From positions 1,504,001-1,568,000 of the forward strand of contig CAVOVB010000001.1 in assembly GCA_963699755.1 (NCBI GenBank): a stretch of 64,000 nucleotides of DNA, given 5' to 3'. Shown in pieces: positions 41,922 through 52,593 of this stretch (the stretch's first letter is position 1; each line of letters opens with the position of its first letter). The notes beneath the pieces were generated by a model. That model did not search any database, was not told the origin of the DNA, and worked only from the letters and a program-made list of their open reading frames with translations. The DNA is from an uncultured delta proteobacterium (GTDB lineage: Bacteria; Myxococcota_A; Polyangia; Polyangiales; Houyiibacteriaceae). A program made the position numbers and the translations under genes.

Positions 41922-43688
41922 ATGAGCATCGAAGCATGGATTGCGACCGCGATAGTCGTCGCCGTATTTGCGGTTCTCGCCTCGGGACGCTACCCGCCGT
42001 ACCTCGTATTACTCGGTGGCGCCACCGCGCTTTTAGCAGCAAAGATCATCGAACCCGACCAAGCGCTCGCGGGGTTTTCGAACAGCGGCGTGGTCACCGT
42101 CGGCGTCCTCTACGTGGTGGCCGCGGGGATGAAGCAAAGCGGGGCACTGGCGTTCCTCGTCTCGCGGGCGATGGGGCGCCCGAAGACCGTACGGGCCGCG
42201 CAGGCGAGGATGCTCGTGCCGGTCACGATCGGCAGCGCGTTCCTCAACAACACTCCGCTCGTCGCCATGCTGCTGCCGGTCGTCATGGACTGGAGCCGAT
42301 CGATGAGAATACCGGCCTCGAAGCTCCTTCTTCCATTGAGCTATGCCGCGATTCTGGGAGGCCTCTGCACGCTGATCGGAACGAGCACCACCTTGGTCGT
42401 CCACGGCCTCCTGCTCGCGGAGGGCAAGCCCGGGCTCGGGATGTTCGAGATCACCTGGATTGGGCTTCCATGCGCGATCCTCGGCTCGGCGCTCCTGATG
42501 TGGATGGCAAGGCGCTACCTTCCCGAATACGAGAGTGCCCTGCGGATTCCCGACGATCCACGGGAGTACACCGTCGAGATGCGTGTCGGTGCCCGCGGTC
42601 CGCTGGTCGGGAAGAACATCGAGAGCGCTGGGCTCCGTCATCTGCCCGGCCTCTACCTCATGGAGATCCACCGAGGAGGGCACATTCTGCCGGTCGTCGA
42701 TCCAGCGGAGCGACTCGAAGCAGACGACCAGCTCGTCTTCGTCGGAGTCGTGGACTCGGTGGTCGATCTTCAGCAGATTCCGGGTCTCGAGCCGACGACG
42801 GAGCAGGTCTTCAAGCTGGATTCGCACCGGTCGCTTCGGTGCTTCGCAGAGGCGGTCATCTCGCGCACGCATCCCTTGGTCGGGAGGAGCATCCGTGAAG
42901 GCAGATTTCGAAACCTCTATAACGCCGTCGTGATCGCCGTGTCGCGCAACGGCGAACGGGTCCAGGGACGCATCGGCGACATCCAGCTTCACGCGGGAGA
43001 TTCGTTGCTGCTGGAGGCGCTTCCGTCGTTCGTCGAGCAGCAGCGAAACTCCAGCGACTTTTATCTCGTTAGCCGTCTCGGAGACGCTGGACCCCCGACC
43101 ACGGCACAAGCGCCGTTGGCATTGGTGATCCTCTCGGCTATGGTGACGGTGGTAGCCCTGGGATGGCTGAGCATGTTGCAGGCAGCGCTCCTCGCCGCGG
43201 GTGCCATGCTCGCCGCGCGTTGTTGTTCGGAGGATACCGCACGACGGAGCATCGACTGGCCGCTGCTGGTGGCTATCGGTTCATCGTTCGGCCTCGGGAT
43301 GGGGCTACAGGAGACTGGCGCCGCTCAATCCTTCGCCCACGTGCTCCTGCAACAGGCTGGTAATCATCCGTGGCTGGCACTTGCTGCCATTTACGCAACC
43401 ACGACGATCGTCTCCGAGTTCGTCACCAACAATGCCGCGGCGGTGATCCTGTTTCCGATCGCCATGGCAACCGCGGAGTCGTTTCAGGTGAGCTACATGC
43501 CGTTCGTGATCGCGATCACCGTCGCGGCGTCTGCAAGCTTCGCCTCGCCCCTGGGCTATCAAACCCATCTCATGGTCTACGGCCCGGGCAACTACCGTCT
43601 CGTCGACTTCGTCCGGATGGGCGTTCCGATGAACCTCCTGTTGTGGGTCATCACGACTGCGCTGGTACCGTTCATCTGGCCGTTTTGA
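41922..43688 (+). CDS. SLC13-family permease with TrkA-C domains
   Basis: SAFLNNTP, TLIGTST, TNNAAA, SPLGYQTHLMVYGPG. Confidence 0.92.
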   Translation: MSIEAWIATAIVVAVFAVLASGRYPPYLVLLGGATALLAAKIIEPDQALAGFSNSGVVTVGVLYVVAAGMKQSGALAFLVSRAMGRPKTVRAAQARMLVPVTIGSAFLNNTPLVAMLLPVVMDWSRSMRIPASKLLLPLSYAAILGGLCTLIGTSTTLVVHGLLLAEGKPGLGMFEITWIGLPCAILGSALLMWMARRYLPEYESALRIPDDPREYTVEMRVGARGPLVGKNIESAGLRHLPGLYLMEIHRGGHILPVVDPAERLEADDQLVFVGVVDSVVDLQQIPGLEPTTEQVFKLDSHRSLRCFAEAVISRTHPLVGRSIREGRFRNLYNAVVIAVSRNGERVQGRIGDIQLHAGDSLLLEALPSFVEQQRNSSDFYLVSRLGDAGPPTTAQAPLALVILSAMVTVVALGWLSMLQAALLAAGAMLAARCCSEDTARRSIDWPLLVAIGSSFGLGMGLQETGAAQSFAHVLLQQAGNHPWLALAAIYATTTIVSEFVTNNAAAVILFPIAMATAESFQVSYMPFVIAITVAASASFASPLGYQTHLMVYGPGNYRLVDFVRMGVPMNLLLWVITTALVPFIWPF

Positions 43689-43751
43689 GCCGCCGGATCG
43701 CCTGCTGCGAAGAGGCGTTGCACGATCTGCGCACTGTTTGCGCCCCCTGTC

Positions 43752-43931
43752 AGTCGGCCCGGCAAACCCACCGACAACGCCTTCATCGAGGCCTTCAACG
43801 GGACCTTGCGGCGAGAGTGCTTATCGCAACACTGGTTCGTGTCGCTGGACGATGTCCAGCAAACGCTTAGTCTATCGCAGGACGACTACAATCAAACCCG
43901 CCCACACAGCGCGTGGGGCGGCTTGACTCCA
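43752..43931 (+). mobile_element. IS3-family transposase C-terminal remnant
   Basis: SRPGKPTDNAFIEAFNGTLRRECL...DYNQTRPHSA. Confidence 0.85.
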
Positions 43932-43935
43932 TCCT

Positions 43936-44910
43936 TCAAGTCCGTCGGGCGGTGGAGCGTCTAGCAGGCCGTCGGTGATTGTCCGGCACCAACGTGCATC
44001 GGCAAGCAACAAGGGCTTTCGTCAGCTCGCCCGTTACATTCGGGGTCGAAGCGACACGCCGCGGGCGACCTGGTTCCTGGCCGCCAATCTTCCTGGCGTG
44101 ACCGGGCCCGCTGACCTCCAGCTCGCATGCCGACTCGTCGAGGCCGTGCACACTCAGAACACCCGCGCGGGCAACAACCGCACGTATCACATGGTCATCT
44201 CCCTTCACCCGGAGGACCGAAGCCTCAACGGGAACGAGCTCAGGCCTGTTGTGGAAAACCTGGTGGAGACCTTGGGCTTTTCCGGGCACCAGTACATCGC
44301 CGCGCGTCACAACGACAAAGACCACGAGCACGTGCACGTGGCCATCCACAAGATCCACCCGGAGACCTTTCGGATTCACTCGCCAGCCTGGGATCGCCAG
44401 AAGCTCTTCACCGCGGGCCGTGCGCTCGAACGAGAGCTCGGACTCACGCCGCTTCGGTCGAGAGTGCGCGATCGTGAGAAAGTCCCGCAGAGGGCGGCGG
44501 ACCACGAAGCCCACCACGGAATCGACAGCTTTGCTCGCTGGGCCAAAAACCAGCTAGGTCACGCACTTCGAGCCGGGCAGCTGCGGAGCTGGGACGATGT
44601 GCACGACGTCTGCGCCAGACTTGGCGTGGCGCTTGGGCGGCATGGCACGGCCTCCTCTTCGAGGATGTCGAGCAGGGCGTGCGCGCGAAGGCGTCCTTCG
44701 TCGGCCGCGAGCTCAGCAAGGCGCGCCTCTGCCAACGGCTCGGAGCCTTCCACCGAGCGCCCGCGCATCAGCTGGAAGCTTCAAGAAATGCGACCCGGCG
44801 ATACTCCCCCGCCCCTCCCATCGCGCCTCACAGCTTATGGAAGGAATACGAGCAGAGCCTGATCCAAGCCCGTACGCAGCGCCATTTCGTCGCCAGTCGC
44901 GCCGCGCATG
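43936..44910 (+). pseudogene. mobC 3' end plus relaxase pseudogene (frameshift near 44646, 234-bp deletion at 44879)
   Basis: Closely matches 56964-58170 at the nucleotide level. Confidence 0.92.
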
Positions 44911-44920
44911 CCGACCGAGG

Positions 44921-45355
44921 CTACGGCCCGCGAGCCGGCACCACCAGCACCGGCACCGGCGATTTGCGAATCACGCCAGCCGACACGCTGCCCATCACCA
45001 AGTCGAACAGCTTTCCACGCCCGTGCGAGCCCATCACGATGACCTCGGCATCGAGCTTGTCGGCCTGTTCGAGGATTGTCTGGATGGTCGGCCCCGGCAC
45101 GAGCCGGGTGTCGACCACGTGCCCCTTTGCGCGCAGGCGTTCCGCAAGCGCTTCGAGCTCGGTCTGCGCGCGTTGGAGCTCGTGCGCCACTTGGTGCTGC
45201 ACTTCCTCCGGACCCGCCGCGAGCCCCACGAACGACGGGTCGGGCTCGGTCACGTGAAGCAGATGAATCTCGCGCTTGGCGCTCGCGAGCCGATCGACAA
45301 TCTCGATTTGCGCATCGGTCACGGGTGAAAAGTCGATGCTGACGAGCAGGCTCAT
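44921..45355 (-). CDS. Universal stress protein
   Basis: VSIDFS, IVMGSHGRG, MGSVSAGVIRKSPVPVLVVP. Confidence 0.92.
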   Translation of the reverse strand: MSLLVSIDFSPVTDAQIEIVDRLASAKREIHLLHVTEPDPSFVGLAAGPEEVQHQVAHELQRAQTELEALAERLRAKGHVVDTRLVPGPTIQTILEQADKLDAEVIVMGSHGRGKLFDLVMGSVSAGVIRKSPVPVLVVPARGP

Positions 45356-46455
45356 GATTTGATCTCCGGTCGATGAATGCCGCGCTCGGCCATGCGCTTC
45401 TGCAGGATGCCGATCAGGGCTCGTGTCCAACGCGCCTTGTCCTTGGCGGAGATGTGCGACCACTCCGGCGTTCGTGCGTCCGACAGCGCCGGATAATCCT
45501 CGAAGTGAACGCCAACGGCACCGGCGGAATCGACGATCGGCTGCCACACCCGCTCGCGCGGCGTGATCTTTCGCTCGGCCTCCCTGAACACATCGCTCGA
45601 CGGCGGTCGAATGAACACCACCTCGCCGCCATGCGCGCGGATCTTCGCGACATCTGCAGCGACCTGGTCGAGCAACGCCTGGAACTGAGCACGCGCCACC
45701 TCCTCCGGCGGAGGCGGCGGCAGGTTCTCGAGAATGGTCCGCCAGGTCCCGGTCACGATGGCCTGAAACTCCGGGTCGGTTTCGACGCGCTCCCAGAGGT
45801 CCGCCTGCCGGTCGCGCCGCATGTGCTCGATCTTGCGCACCTCGGGCTGCTGAAAGGGAAGATTCGGTCGGCTGGGCCACCACGGCTGCCGCGCGAGCAC
45901 GGTAAAAAGCTTCGTATCGATGTTGTAGTAGGCGAACGTCGTCTCGAGCGGGTACGAGAGCTGGGTCGCGATGCGCTGGGATGGTGTCTCGTCATGGTAG
46001 TATTCGAGCACGCCTGCCCTCACCCCCATGCCCGGCAAAAAGAGCAGGGGCGGTGTGATGCCGACCACCAGCAGGCCGCGAAAATCCTCGTCGTTTGCGA
46101 TATCGCTGAGCACGGGGAGCGGATTCGAGCCCTCGAGCGCAAGCTGGATCCCGTGCACGCCGGTCTCCTCTTTCCAGACGTCGAGATCGATGTCGAACAG
46201 GGTGCGCGACGAGCCAATGAACACCGTCGCGTTTGGTTCGCGGGCATCGACCCGCCGCCGGACCTCGGCCCACTGCCCGTCGCTGTTCCGGTAAGAAGCT
46301 TCGTATTGCTGCGCCACGCGCCAGTACGCCTCCCATGCACCGAGCCCCGCGGCGGCCAGCAGCAACGCCACCACCGCCACGCGCGGCCAGCCAAGCTCCG
46401 GCACCGGGCGGAGGATGACCGGCTCCGATTCAGAACTGGAAGTAGATGAAGGCAT
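45352..46455 (-). CDS. MBOAT-associated periplasmic protein (AlgJ/DltD-like SGNH-type)
   Basis: N-terminal TM, FIGSSR, C-terminal SH motif, overlaps the MBOAT gene. Confidence 0.65.
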   Translation of the reverse strand: MPSSTSSSESEPVILRPVPELGWPRVAVVALLLAAAGLGAWEAYWRVAQQYEASYRNSDGQWAEVRRRVDAREPNATVFIGSSRTLFDIDLDVWKEETGVHGIQLALEGSNPLPVLSDIANDEDFRGLLVVGITPPLLFLPGMGVRAGVLEYYHDETPSQRIATQLSYPLETTFAYYNIDTKLFTVLARQPWWPSRPNLPFQQPEVRKIEHMRRDRQADLWERVETDPEFQAIVTGTWRTILENLPPPPPEEVARAQFQALLDQVAADVAKIRAHGGEVVFIRPPSSDVFREAERKITPRERVWQPIVDSAGAVGVHFEDYPALSDARTPEWSHISAKDKARWTRALIGILQKRMAERGIHRPEIKS

Positions 46456-47854
46456 CACCAGACCCTTGAGCAATCAGGATGAAAAACAACATCGCGGCCC
46501 ACACGCAGCCTACCAGCCACCACGGGGCACTGGCCACGACGTCCTCGAGGCGCCGGTTCCGCATGAACCCGTGGACGAGCAGAATGCCGACCGTCACCGA
46601 AACGACCACCGCGATCAGATAGGTGGAGAGAACCAGCTCGCTTCCCTCGAGTCCGAAGCCGAGCATCGTCCGCGTCATGCGCCATGCCGTCGCGAAGTCC
46701 GGCGCCCGGAAGAACACCCAGGTGAGGTTCACCAGGAAGTAAGTCAGCAGGGCGAGAAACACTTTGAAGCCGAAGGTGCTCGCGATCTTCGCTCCGGCAA
46801 ACTGCCTTTGAAGAAATCGTTCGACCCCGAGGTAGAACCCGTGGAGGCCGCCCCACACGACGAAGGTCCATGCCGCCCCATGCCATAGGCCCCCGAGCAA
46901 CATGGTGACCATCAAATTGATCTGCGTGCGGTGCCAACCTTTTCGATTCCCGCCGAGTGGAATGTAGAGATAGTCCCGGAGCCAAGTCGAGAGTGAGATG
47001 TGCCAGCGACGCCAGAAGTCCGAAAAGCCGATCGCCGCGTAGGGAAACCGAAAGTTATCGGGCAGCGAGAACCCGAGGCAGAGGGCTACGCCAATCGCCA
47101 CCGTCGAATAGCCCGCGAAGTCCGAAAAAATCTGGCCGGCAAACGCGAGCGTTCCGAGCCATGCGTCCAAGAACGGCACCGGCTTGGCAGCCGTAAACAC
47201 CGCGTCGGCGGCGGGTGCCAGCGCTCCGTCTGCAATCACGATTTTTTCAAAGAGCCCCAGCGTCATCAGCCCGAACCCCCAGAGCAGCTGGTTCGCGTTC
47301 GCGGGCACCGGCTTTTGGAACTGCGGGATGAGTTGCGTCGGCCGGACGATCGGCCCCGCGACCAGCTGCGGAAAGAACGACACGAACAGGGAAAAGTCGA
47401 GCAGCGAGTCGGCCGGCTTGGCGCGGCGAAGGTAGACGTCGAGCGAGTACGCCATGGTCTGGAACGTGTAGAACGAGATGCCGACCGGGAGCACGATGTC
47501 CCAATCGGGCGGCGTCCACGCCACGCCAATGGCGGACATCAGCAGTTGCCAGTTCTCGAGCAGGAATTCTCCGTACTTGAAGTACCCGAGCAGCCCGAGG
47601 TTCACGAGAACGCTGACCGCCACCCATGCCTGGCGCCGCGGCAGCCTCTGCTCGGCGTAGATCCTCTTGGCGACGCGCCAGTCGAGCATCGTCGAGATCC
47701 ACAGGAGGATCACGAACGGCGGATTCCAGGCGGCGTAGAACAAGCAGCTCGCGACCAGAAGGTTGATCTTCTTGACCTTCCAAGGGAGCGGCGCGTTGTG
47801 GAGCGCAAGCACCACCGCGAAGAACACGATGAACGTGAGGGAGTTGAAGAGCAC
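46430..47854 (-). CDS. MBOAT O-acyltransferase (AlgI/DltB family)
   Basis: LPVGISFYTFQ, FWRRWHISLSTWLRDYLYIPLGG, GLWHGA. Confidence 0.95.
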   Translation of the reverse strand: MLFNSLTFIVFFAVVLALHNAPLPWKVKKINLLVASCLFYAAWNPPFVILLWISTMLDWRVAKRIYAEQRLPRRQAWVAVSVLVNLGLLGYFKYGEFLLENWQLLMSAIGVAWTPPDWDIVLPVGISFYTFQTMAYSLDVYLRRAKPADSLLDFSLFVSFFPQLVAGPIVRPTQLIPQFQKPVPANANQLLWGFGLMTLGLFEKIVIADGALAPAADAVFTAAKPVPFLDAWLGTLAFAGQIFSDFAGYSTVAIGVALCLGFSLPDNFRFPYAAIGFSDFWRRWHISLSTWLRDYLYIPLGGNRKGWHRTQINLMVTMLLGGLWHGAAWTFVVWGGLHGFYLGVERFLQRQFAGAKIASTFGFKVFLALLTYFLVNLTWVFFRAPDFATAWRMTRTMLGFGLEGSELVLSTYLIAVVVSVTVGILLVHGFMRNRRLEDVVASAPWWLVGCVWAAMLFFILIAQGSGDAFIYFQF

Positions 47855-48034
47855 TGAGGCGAGCGCCTCCTGAACCGGGGCCTACGTCGTGCCCGGTTCG
47901 TCTCGCGGGATATTCGGTTAGGTTCGAGGCGAGTGCAACGACTATCGCCCGCCGCAGTGGTCGGCACCGTCGACCCCGGCGGCCCGCCGGTCACGCGGGC
48001 GGCGGCATCTCGCTCTCTGCGATGCTCACGCGAG

Positions 48035-48262
48035 CTAGTGCTGTGAGACGCAACGAAAGCAGGGCGGGGTCTCGCCTTCCGGGCACGGCGCGTCACTGCA
48101 GACCCCGAGTGGCCCATCGGGCATCCGGCACTTGGCGTAGCGTTCGACGCAAGCCGCGCCGGGGGCTGGCGATTGGGTGCCGCTTGTCGGGCATCCTGCC
48201 ACGAGAAGAAAAGCGAAGAGACCCAAAGAGAGACAGGCGCGTCGGGAGCGGACGGGTTTCAT
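48035..48262 (-). CDS. Small Cys-rich lipoprotein
   Basis: LVAGC lipobox, 6 further Cys in a 75-aa protein. Confidence 0.55.
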   Translation of the reverse strand: MKPVRSRRACLSLGLFAFLLVAGCPTSGTQSPAPGAACVERYAKCRMPDGPLGVCSDAPCPEGETPPCFRCVSQH

Positions 48263-48451
48263 GGCTGCAGTCACTCTACTACCATTCTGCGCCAACCCCC
48301 ATGAAGACCTCCAACTCCTCTGCCGTGCTCTCGCGCACCCCCGACACCGTTTGAGAGTCCCTATCGAAGCCTCGCGCGATGGCCATGGCCGCCGCACCGA
48401 CAGCTTCAGCGTCGAGGCGAAGATCTTCGGCCTCGGCGGCCTCTGTGCTTG

Positions 48452-48904
48452 TCAAAGTGCAATCATCTCGCTGAGGCGCTCCGCAAGCTCGCTCGTCTTC
48501 TCGGCCGCGAGGTCTTTGTCGAGCGAGGCCGTCACGAGCTTAGCCGTCGGACCGTCCAGCGAAGACCGCAGCAAACCCAAGAACCGGGGCGGCGCAACGA
48601 GCACCAGGCGCCAGTATCGATTCTGCATGCGGGCGTCTTTGAGCTTGTCGGCCAAGGCTCTCGCAAAGTCGGACACCGCCCGTTCGTGCGGGCCTTCGCT
48701 CTGGCTCATCGACGCGCGTCTCGGGTCACCGCTGTTCTTACGAAAGGAACGGCCAGGGCGGTCGGAAGCCATGTCCCGATCCCGTGCGCGACCCTCAGGG
48801 TGCTCGATCTCTTCCACGAGCTCTAGCCCCGTTCCGCGACCCTGGGTTTCGAAGACCCGCGCCCCCGCGTCGTGAGCGACTAGGATCCATGTATTGTAGA
48901 CCAT
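48452..48904 (-). CDS. Host-attachment family protein (bacterial eRF1-like)
   Basis: WILVAHDAGARVF, SDRPGR, LVLVAPPRFLG, LDKDL. Confidence 0.85.
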   Translation of the reverse strand: MVYNTWILVAHDAGARVFETQGRGTGLELVEEIEHPEGRARDRDMASDRPGRSFRKNSGDPRRASMSQSEGPHERAVSDFARALADKLKDARMQNRYWRLVLVAPPRFLGLLRSSLDGPTAKLVTASLDKDLAAEKTSELAERLSEMIAL

Positions 48905-48994
48905 CGATCCTCTTTATCTGTAACTCTGGAAACAGGCAACAGAGGCCGCCGGCGCGGCCGGGCTCATGTGTAAAGGTGGGGTCGGCATTGCGTC

Positions 48995-49498
48995 TCAAGT
49001 GGCCGGCAGCCTCAACAGCACGACCAGCAGTAGCAGCATCGTCACAATCGAAATCGCCGTTCGGATTTGGTTCGAGCGATTCCAACGCGCCTCGAAGCGC
49101 TCTCGAGCCTGCTTTCGCTCGGCCTCCCCAATCGCGTCAACTTCCACGGTTTGGATCTCGCTATTGAGCGGGAGGTGAACTCGCGCCGTCGGTAGTTGCA
49201 CGCCAAAGAGGTAGAGCGCCGCTGCGGCGATGAGCAGCCCACTTGTGACGCCATCTTGCTGTTGGAAACCCATTGCAAGCGCCAAGAGAAGCGCAACGAC
49301 CGAACCAAGCCAAACCACCACGAACAAGGGTTGCCGGTCTTGAATCACACGATCCATGACCTGAAACGCACGGATGAACTCGCGGTCGCTGAGTTTTTCA
49401 AGCCCGGGCATCGCAACGACAGCGAACGCAAACAACAGGCCGGCGACCAGCGCGCAGAGCGCCGCCGCCACGAGCACGACGAGGTGAAAGAGCTCCAT
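48995..49498 (-). CDS. DUF1772 / anthrone-oxygenase-like membrane protein
   Basis: GLLFAFAVVAMPGL, HLPLN, RWNRSNQIRT. Confidence 0.8.
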   Translation of the reverse strand: MELFHLVVLVAAALCALVAGLLFAFAVVAMPGLEKLSDREFIRAFQVMDRVIQDRQPLFVVVWLGSVVALLLALAMGFQQQDGVTSGLLIAAAALYLFGVQLPTARVHLPLNSEIQTVEVDAIGEAERKQARERFEARWNRSNQIRTAISIVTMLLLLVVLLRLPAT

Positions 49499-49608
49499 AT
49501 CGCATCGGCTTACCAGGCCGAGCGCCGTTAGCCTAGGCCCCTGAGCGTGTCTGCTCTTCTGAAGCAGCCGAACCGCCGACGTTTTTCGCGGTCTCGGCCC
49601 AGCGGCAA

Positions 49609-50619
49609 CTACGGCTGAGCCGCTTCCGCCACCGCGTCAAAGAGGCTCTTCGGGAATAAACGCCCCGTGAAGTTCTCGCGAACTTTCGCATAGGCCGCAT
49701 CCCACTCGGCCTTTGCGTCGCCGGGTCCGATGACTTGGATGCCCTTCTTGACGATGATGTCATAGGCTTTTCGGTCATCACTGCGTATGACTTTGTTGAT
49801 CAGCTCGTGTGCGCGCGCAGCGGTCGAATCGAAGGCTTCTCTCAGATCCGGTGGAAGCGCATCGTACTTGTCTTTGCGCATCAAGGTGCCACCCGCGATG
49901 ATCGCGGAGTTCCAGCCGGTCATGTACTTCACTTGCGTATACCACTGCAGGGCAACGGCGGTCAGCGCCGACGATGAGACCATGTCGATCATGCGCGTCT
50001 GAAGAGACGGGTACACCTCCGGCACACCGAGCCGGACCGCGTTGGCGCCGATGACGTCGTAGAGCTCCACGAAGACCAGCTCGTCCTTCCATACCCACGG
50101 GCGCATGGCTTTCAAGTCCGACGGCTTTCGAAAAGGCTTGGCAGCAAACAGGCGGTTCAGCCCCGCATCGCCCCAGCCGACGAGCTTGAACCCCTCCTTC
50201 TCGAACATCGCCTCGAACTGCGGCGCCATCTTGGCGCGTACCCTGTCGAGCTCTTCATAGGTGTCGAGGAAGCCGGGGAGCACCAGGACGATCATGGCCC
50301 GCACGATCATGCTCATCCCCGTCATCGTCATGATGCCGGCGTCGAGCTGGCCGACGCGCATCTTCCGCACGAAATCGCGCTCGTCTCCCTGAGAGCCCCC
50401 CGGATAGACTCTAATCTTGAGCCTGCCGTTCGTCTTTTCCTGGAGCGTCTTGTTCCAAGCGTTGACGATCTTCATCCAAGACGATCCAGCGGGTGCGAGC
50501 GTGGCGACGCGCAGCGTGTAGGTTTCTTCGGCCTTTGTAGTGGTCGTCGTTCCGGGGAGGGCGAGTGCGCCGAGGGCCAGAAGGGCGACGGGCATAAAAC
50601 GGAGGATGGCGTGGCTCAT
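49609..50619 (-). CDS. dctP: TRAP substrate-binding protein
   Basis: ATLAPAGSSW, YPGGSQGDERDFVRKMRVGQL, signal peptide. Confidence 0.9.
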   Translation of the reverse strand: MSHAILRFMPVALLALGALALPGTTTTTKAEETYTLRVATLAPAGSSWMKIVNAWNKTLQEKTNGRLKIRVYPGGSQGDERDFVRKMRVGQLDAGIMTMTGMSMIVRAMIVLVLPGFLDTYEELDRVRAKMAPQFEAMFEKEGFKLVGWGDAGLNRLFAAKPFRKPSDLKAMRPWVWKDELVFVELYDVIGANAVRLGVPEVYPSLQTRMIDMVSSSALTAVALQWYTQVKYMTGWNSAIIAGGTLMRKDKYDALPPDLREAFDSTAARAHELINKVIRSDDRKAYDIIVKKGIQVIGPGDAKAEWDAAYAKVRENFTGRLFPKSLFDAVAEAAQP

Positions 50620-50917
50620 GGCTCTCGGAGTCTACCCCAAGACGCGTGCCGATAAAGCCAGCGCGCGCACCCGAGCCGTTCACACCTGTGTGACTCTCTT
50701 GCACCACTCGGGCCCGCGGCCCGTCGATTCCCCAGCGTCTCTTATCGCGCTGCGTCTCTCGTCACGCTGGCCGTCGCTGCCTCGGGCTGCTTCAACTTCG
50801 ACTTCGGCTCGGGCGACAGCGACATCGAAGCTGATAGTCGATATAAACGCAATGCCGACCATTTCCATCCCTAACTGATCGGCATTGGATATAAATGCCC
50901 TTTCAGCTTCGCGCCCA

Positions 50918-50979
50918 ACGCGACATAAGATCTAGTATCGCGCGATTCGGCGCACATCTTGAGCCCGATGGGCTAAGAG
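50918..50979 (+). repeat. Dispersed dif-like repeat, copy B
   Basis: acgcgacataagatctagtatcgcgcgattcggcgcacatcttgagcccgatgggctaagag. Confidence 0.85.
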
Positions 50980-51346
50980 AGCTACGCTGCGCCGCATCCG
51001 CTTGGTAGCATTCTTGGGAGCGCTCGTGCTGACCGCGGGATGCCCAAGGTCAGACTGGAAACGGTGCAGCAATCTCGAGATTATGACCCGCAACGCTTCC
51101 AACCAGCAGCAGTGGATGCGTTACGAAAACGCCCGCTACTGGGTGCTCGACACGGACCTTTTGACGATCGAGTGGGAGTGCGTGAAGTGCATCGAGCTCG
51201 AATCGAAGTCGGCTCACTCCTCACCACACCGTTCAGCCTAATCGCGATGACGATTGCGTATCAACGGCCATGAGGGCGACGCACGCCGATTCGATGTGAA
51301 GCCGCGGCACCAATGATGTGAATCGATTTGGTTCGGAGCACGGCGC

Positions 51347-51559
51347 TCAGCGCGGTAGCGGCTCGAAAAGGTGGTCCAGCCTGCTGCGCGCAATCTGCAG
51401 CAGCTTTCTGGCGACGGGCGGCTCGAGCCCCAGTGCGCCGCGGAGTTGGCAGAGGGCGTCGACTTCGGCGCCCTGTTCTTTGCCATCGACGTTGGCCATC
51501 CAAGCCGCCACCAGAAAGAGCATGTTTCGTGCTTCGTTGGACAAAGTTGAATCGAGCAT
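51347..51559 (-). CDS. Small TerB-like protein, possibly truncated
   Basis: AWMANVDG...E motif; SD aaggag; divergent from nhaR. Confidence 0.4.
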   Translation of the reverse strand: MLDSTLSNEARNMLFLVAAWMANVDGKEQGAEVDALCQLRGALGLEPPVARKLLQIARSRLDHLFEPLPR

Positions 51560-51635
51560 CGGTCGGACTCCTTTACTCCCTGATTCTCATGCTCCCCCAC
51601 ACTGTTGACAAGACAGATAAAACACCACAATCATG

Positions 51636-51648
51636 TAGATAGAACCTA
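51636..51648. promoter_or_regulatory. LysR T-N11-A box
   Basis: (G)TAGATAGAACCTA(C) immediately upstream of nhaR. Confidence 0.55.
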
Positions 51649-51660
51649 CGAGTAAGGCCT

Positions 51661-52563
51661 ATGGTAAACGCGATTAACTATCATCATTTCATGTACTTTT
51701 GGCTGACGGTACGGGAGGGTAGCATCCAGGCAGCCAGCCGTGTGCTGAGGTTGGCTCATCCGACGGTCAGCGTTCAGATCAAGCAGCTCGAGGAGAGCCT
51801 TGGGTACGCGCTTTTCGACCGAAGTCGCCGAAAGCTCGAGCTCACGGAGGCCGGTAAGCTCGCGTTTCGCTACGCCGACGAGATCTTTTCGCTCGGCCAG
51901 GAGTTCCTCGAGGCGCTCGAGGGTCAGCCCGAGGGCCGTCCGATTCGGCTCAACGTGGGCACCAGCGATGTGATGCCGAAGCTCATCGTGCGGACCCTGC
52001 TCGAACCCGCCCTCCGGCTCGACACACCGGTCCGTCTCAGCTGCTCGGAGGATCGATTCGAGCGCCTTCTCGGCGGCCTTGGAACGCATCAGCTCGATCT
52101 CGTACTCGCGGACACGCCGTGCCCTCCGGGAAGTGGCGTCAAAGCGTTCAACCATCTCCTCGGCGAGTGCGGGGTGACCTTCTTCGCGGCGCGCGAGCTT
52201 GCTCCGAAGATTCGAAAGGGCTTTCCAGACTCGCTCGATGGTGCACCGCTCCTGCGACCCGCCAGCGACAGCGCTCTCGGCCGGGGTATCATTCAATGGT
52301 GCGAGGACAAACAACTACGACCGAAGACGGTCGCAGAGTTCGACGACAGCGCGTTGATGAAAGCGTTCGGCCAACACGGTCTTGGCGTTTTTCCATTGCC
52401 GTCGGTCACTGAAACCGATGTGAAAAGGCAATACGGTGCCCAAGTGGTAGGACGTACCGAGGAGATTCGAGCGCGCTTCTACGCCATCTCACCCGAGCGT
52501 CGTCTAAAGAACGAAGCTGTCATTGCGATTTGTAGCGCCGCCCGTGCAGAGGTCTTTGCGTAA
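51661..52563 (+). CDS. nhaR: LysR-family activator, NhaR-like
   Basis: NYHHFMYFW, HLLGECGVTFF, EFDDSALMKAFGQ, FYAISPERRLK. Confidence 0.88.
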   Translation: MVNAINYHHFMYFWLTVREGSIQAASRVLRLAHPTVSVQIKQLEESLGYALFDRSRRKLELTEAGKLAFRYADEIFSLGQEFLEALEGQPEGRPIRLNVGTSDVMPKLIVRTLLEPALRLDTPVRLSCSEDRFERLLGGLGTHQLDLVLADTPCPPGSGVKAFNHLLGECGVTFFAARELAPKIRKGFPDSLDGAPLLRPASDSALGRGIIQWCEDKQLRPKTVAEFDDSALMKAFGQHGLGVFPLPSVTETDVKRQYGAQVVGRTEEIRARFYAISPERRLKNEAVIAICSAARAEVFA

Positions 52564-52593
52564 AGCGACCGGTGACCATCAATGTCAGCGGGG

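Noticed and set aside
45356..45883. 320-aa version of the USP ORF
   Set aside because: The extension is an alternate frame of the upstream gene; ATGA coupling fixes the start at 45355
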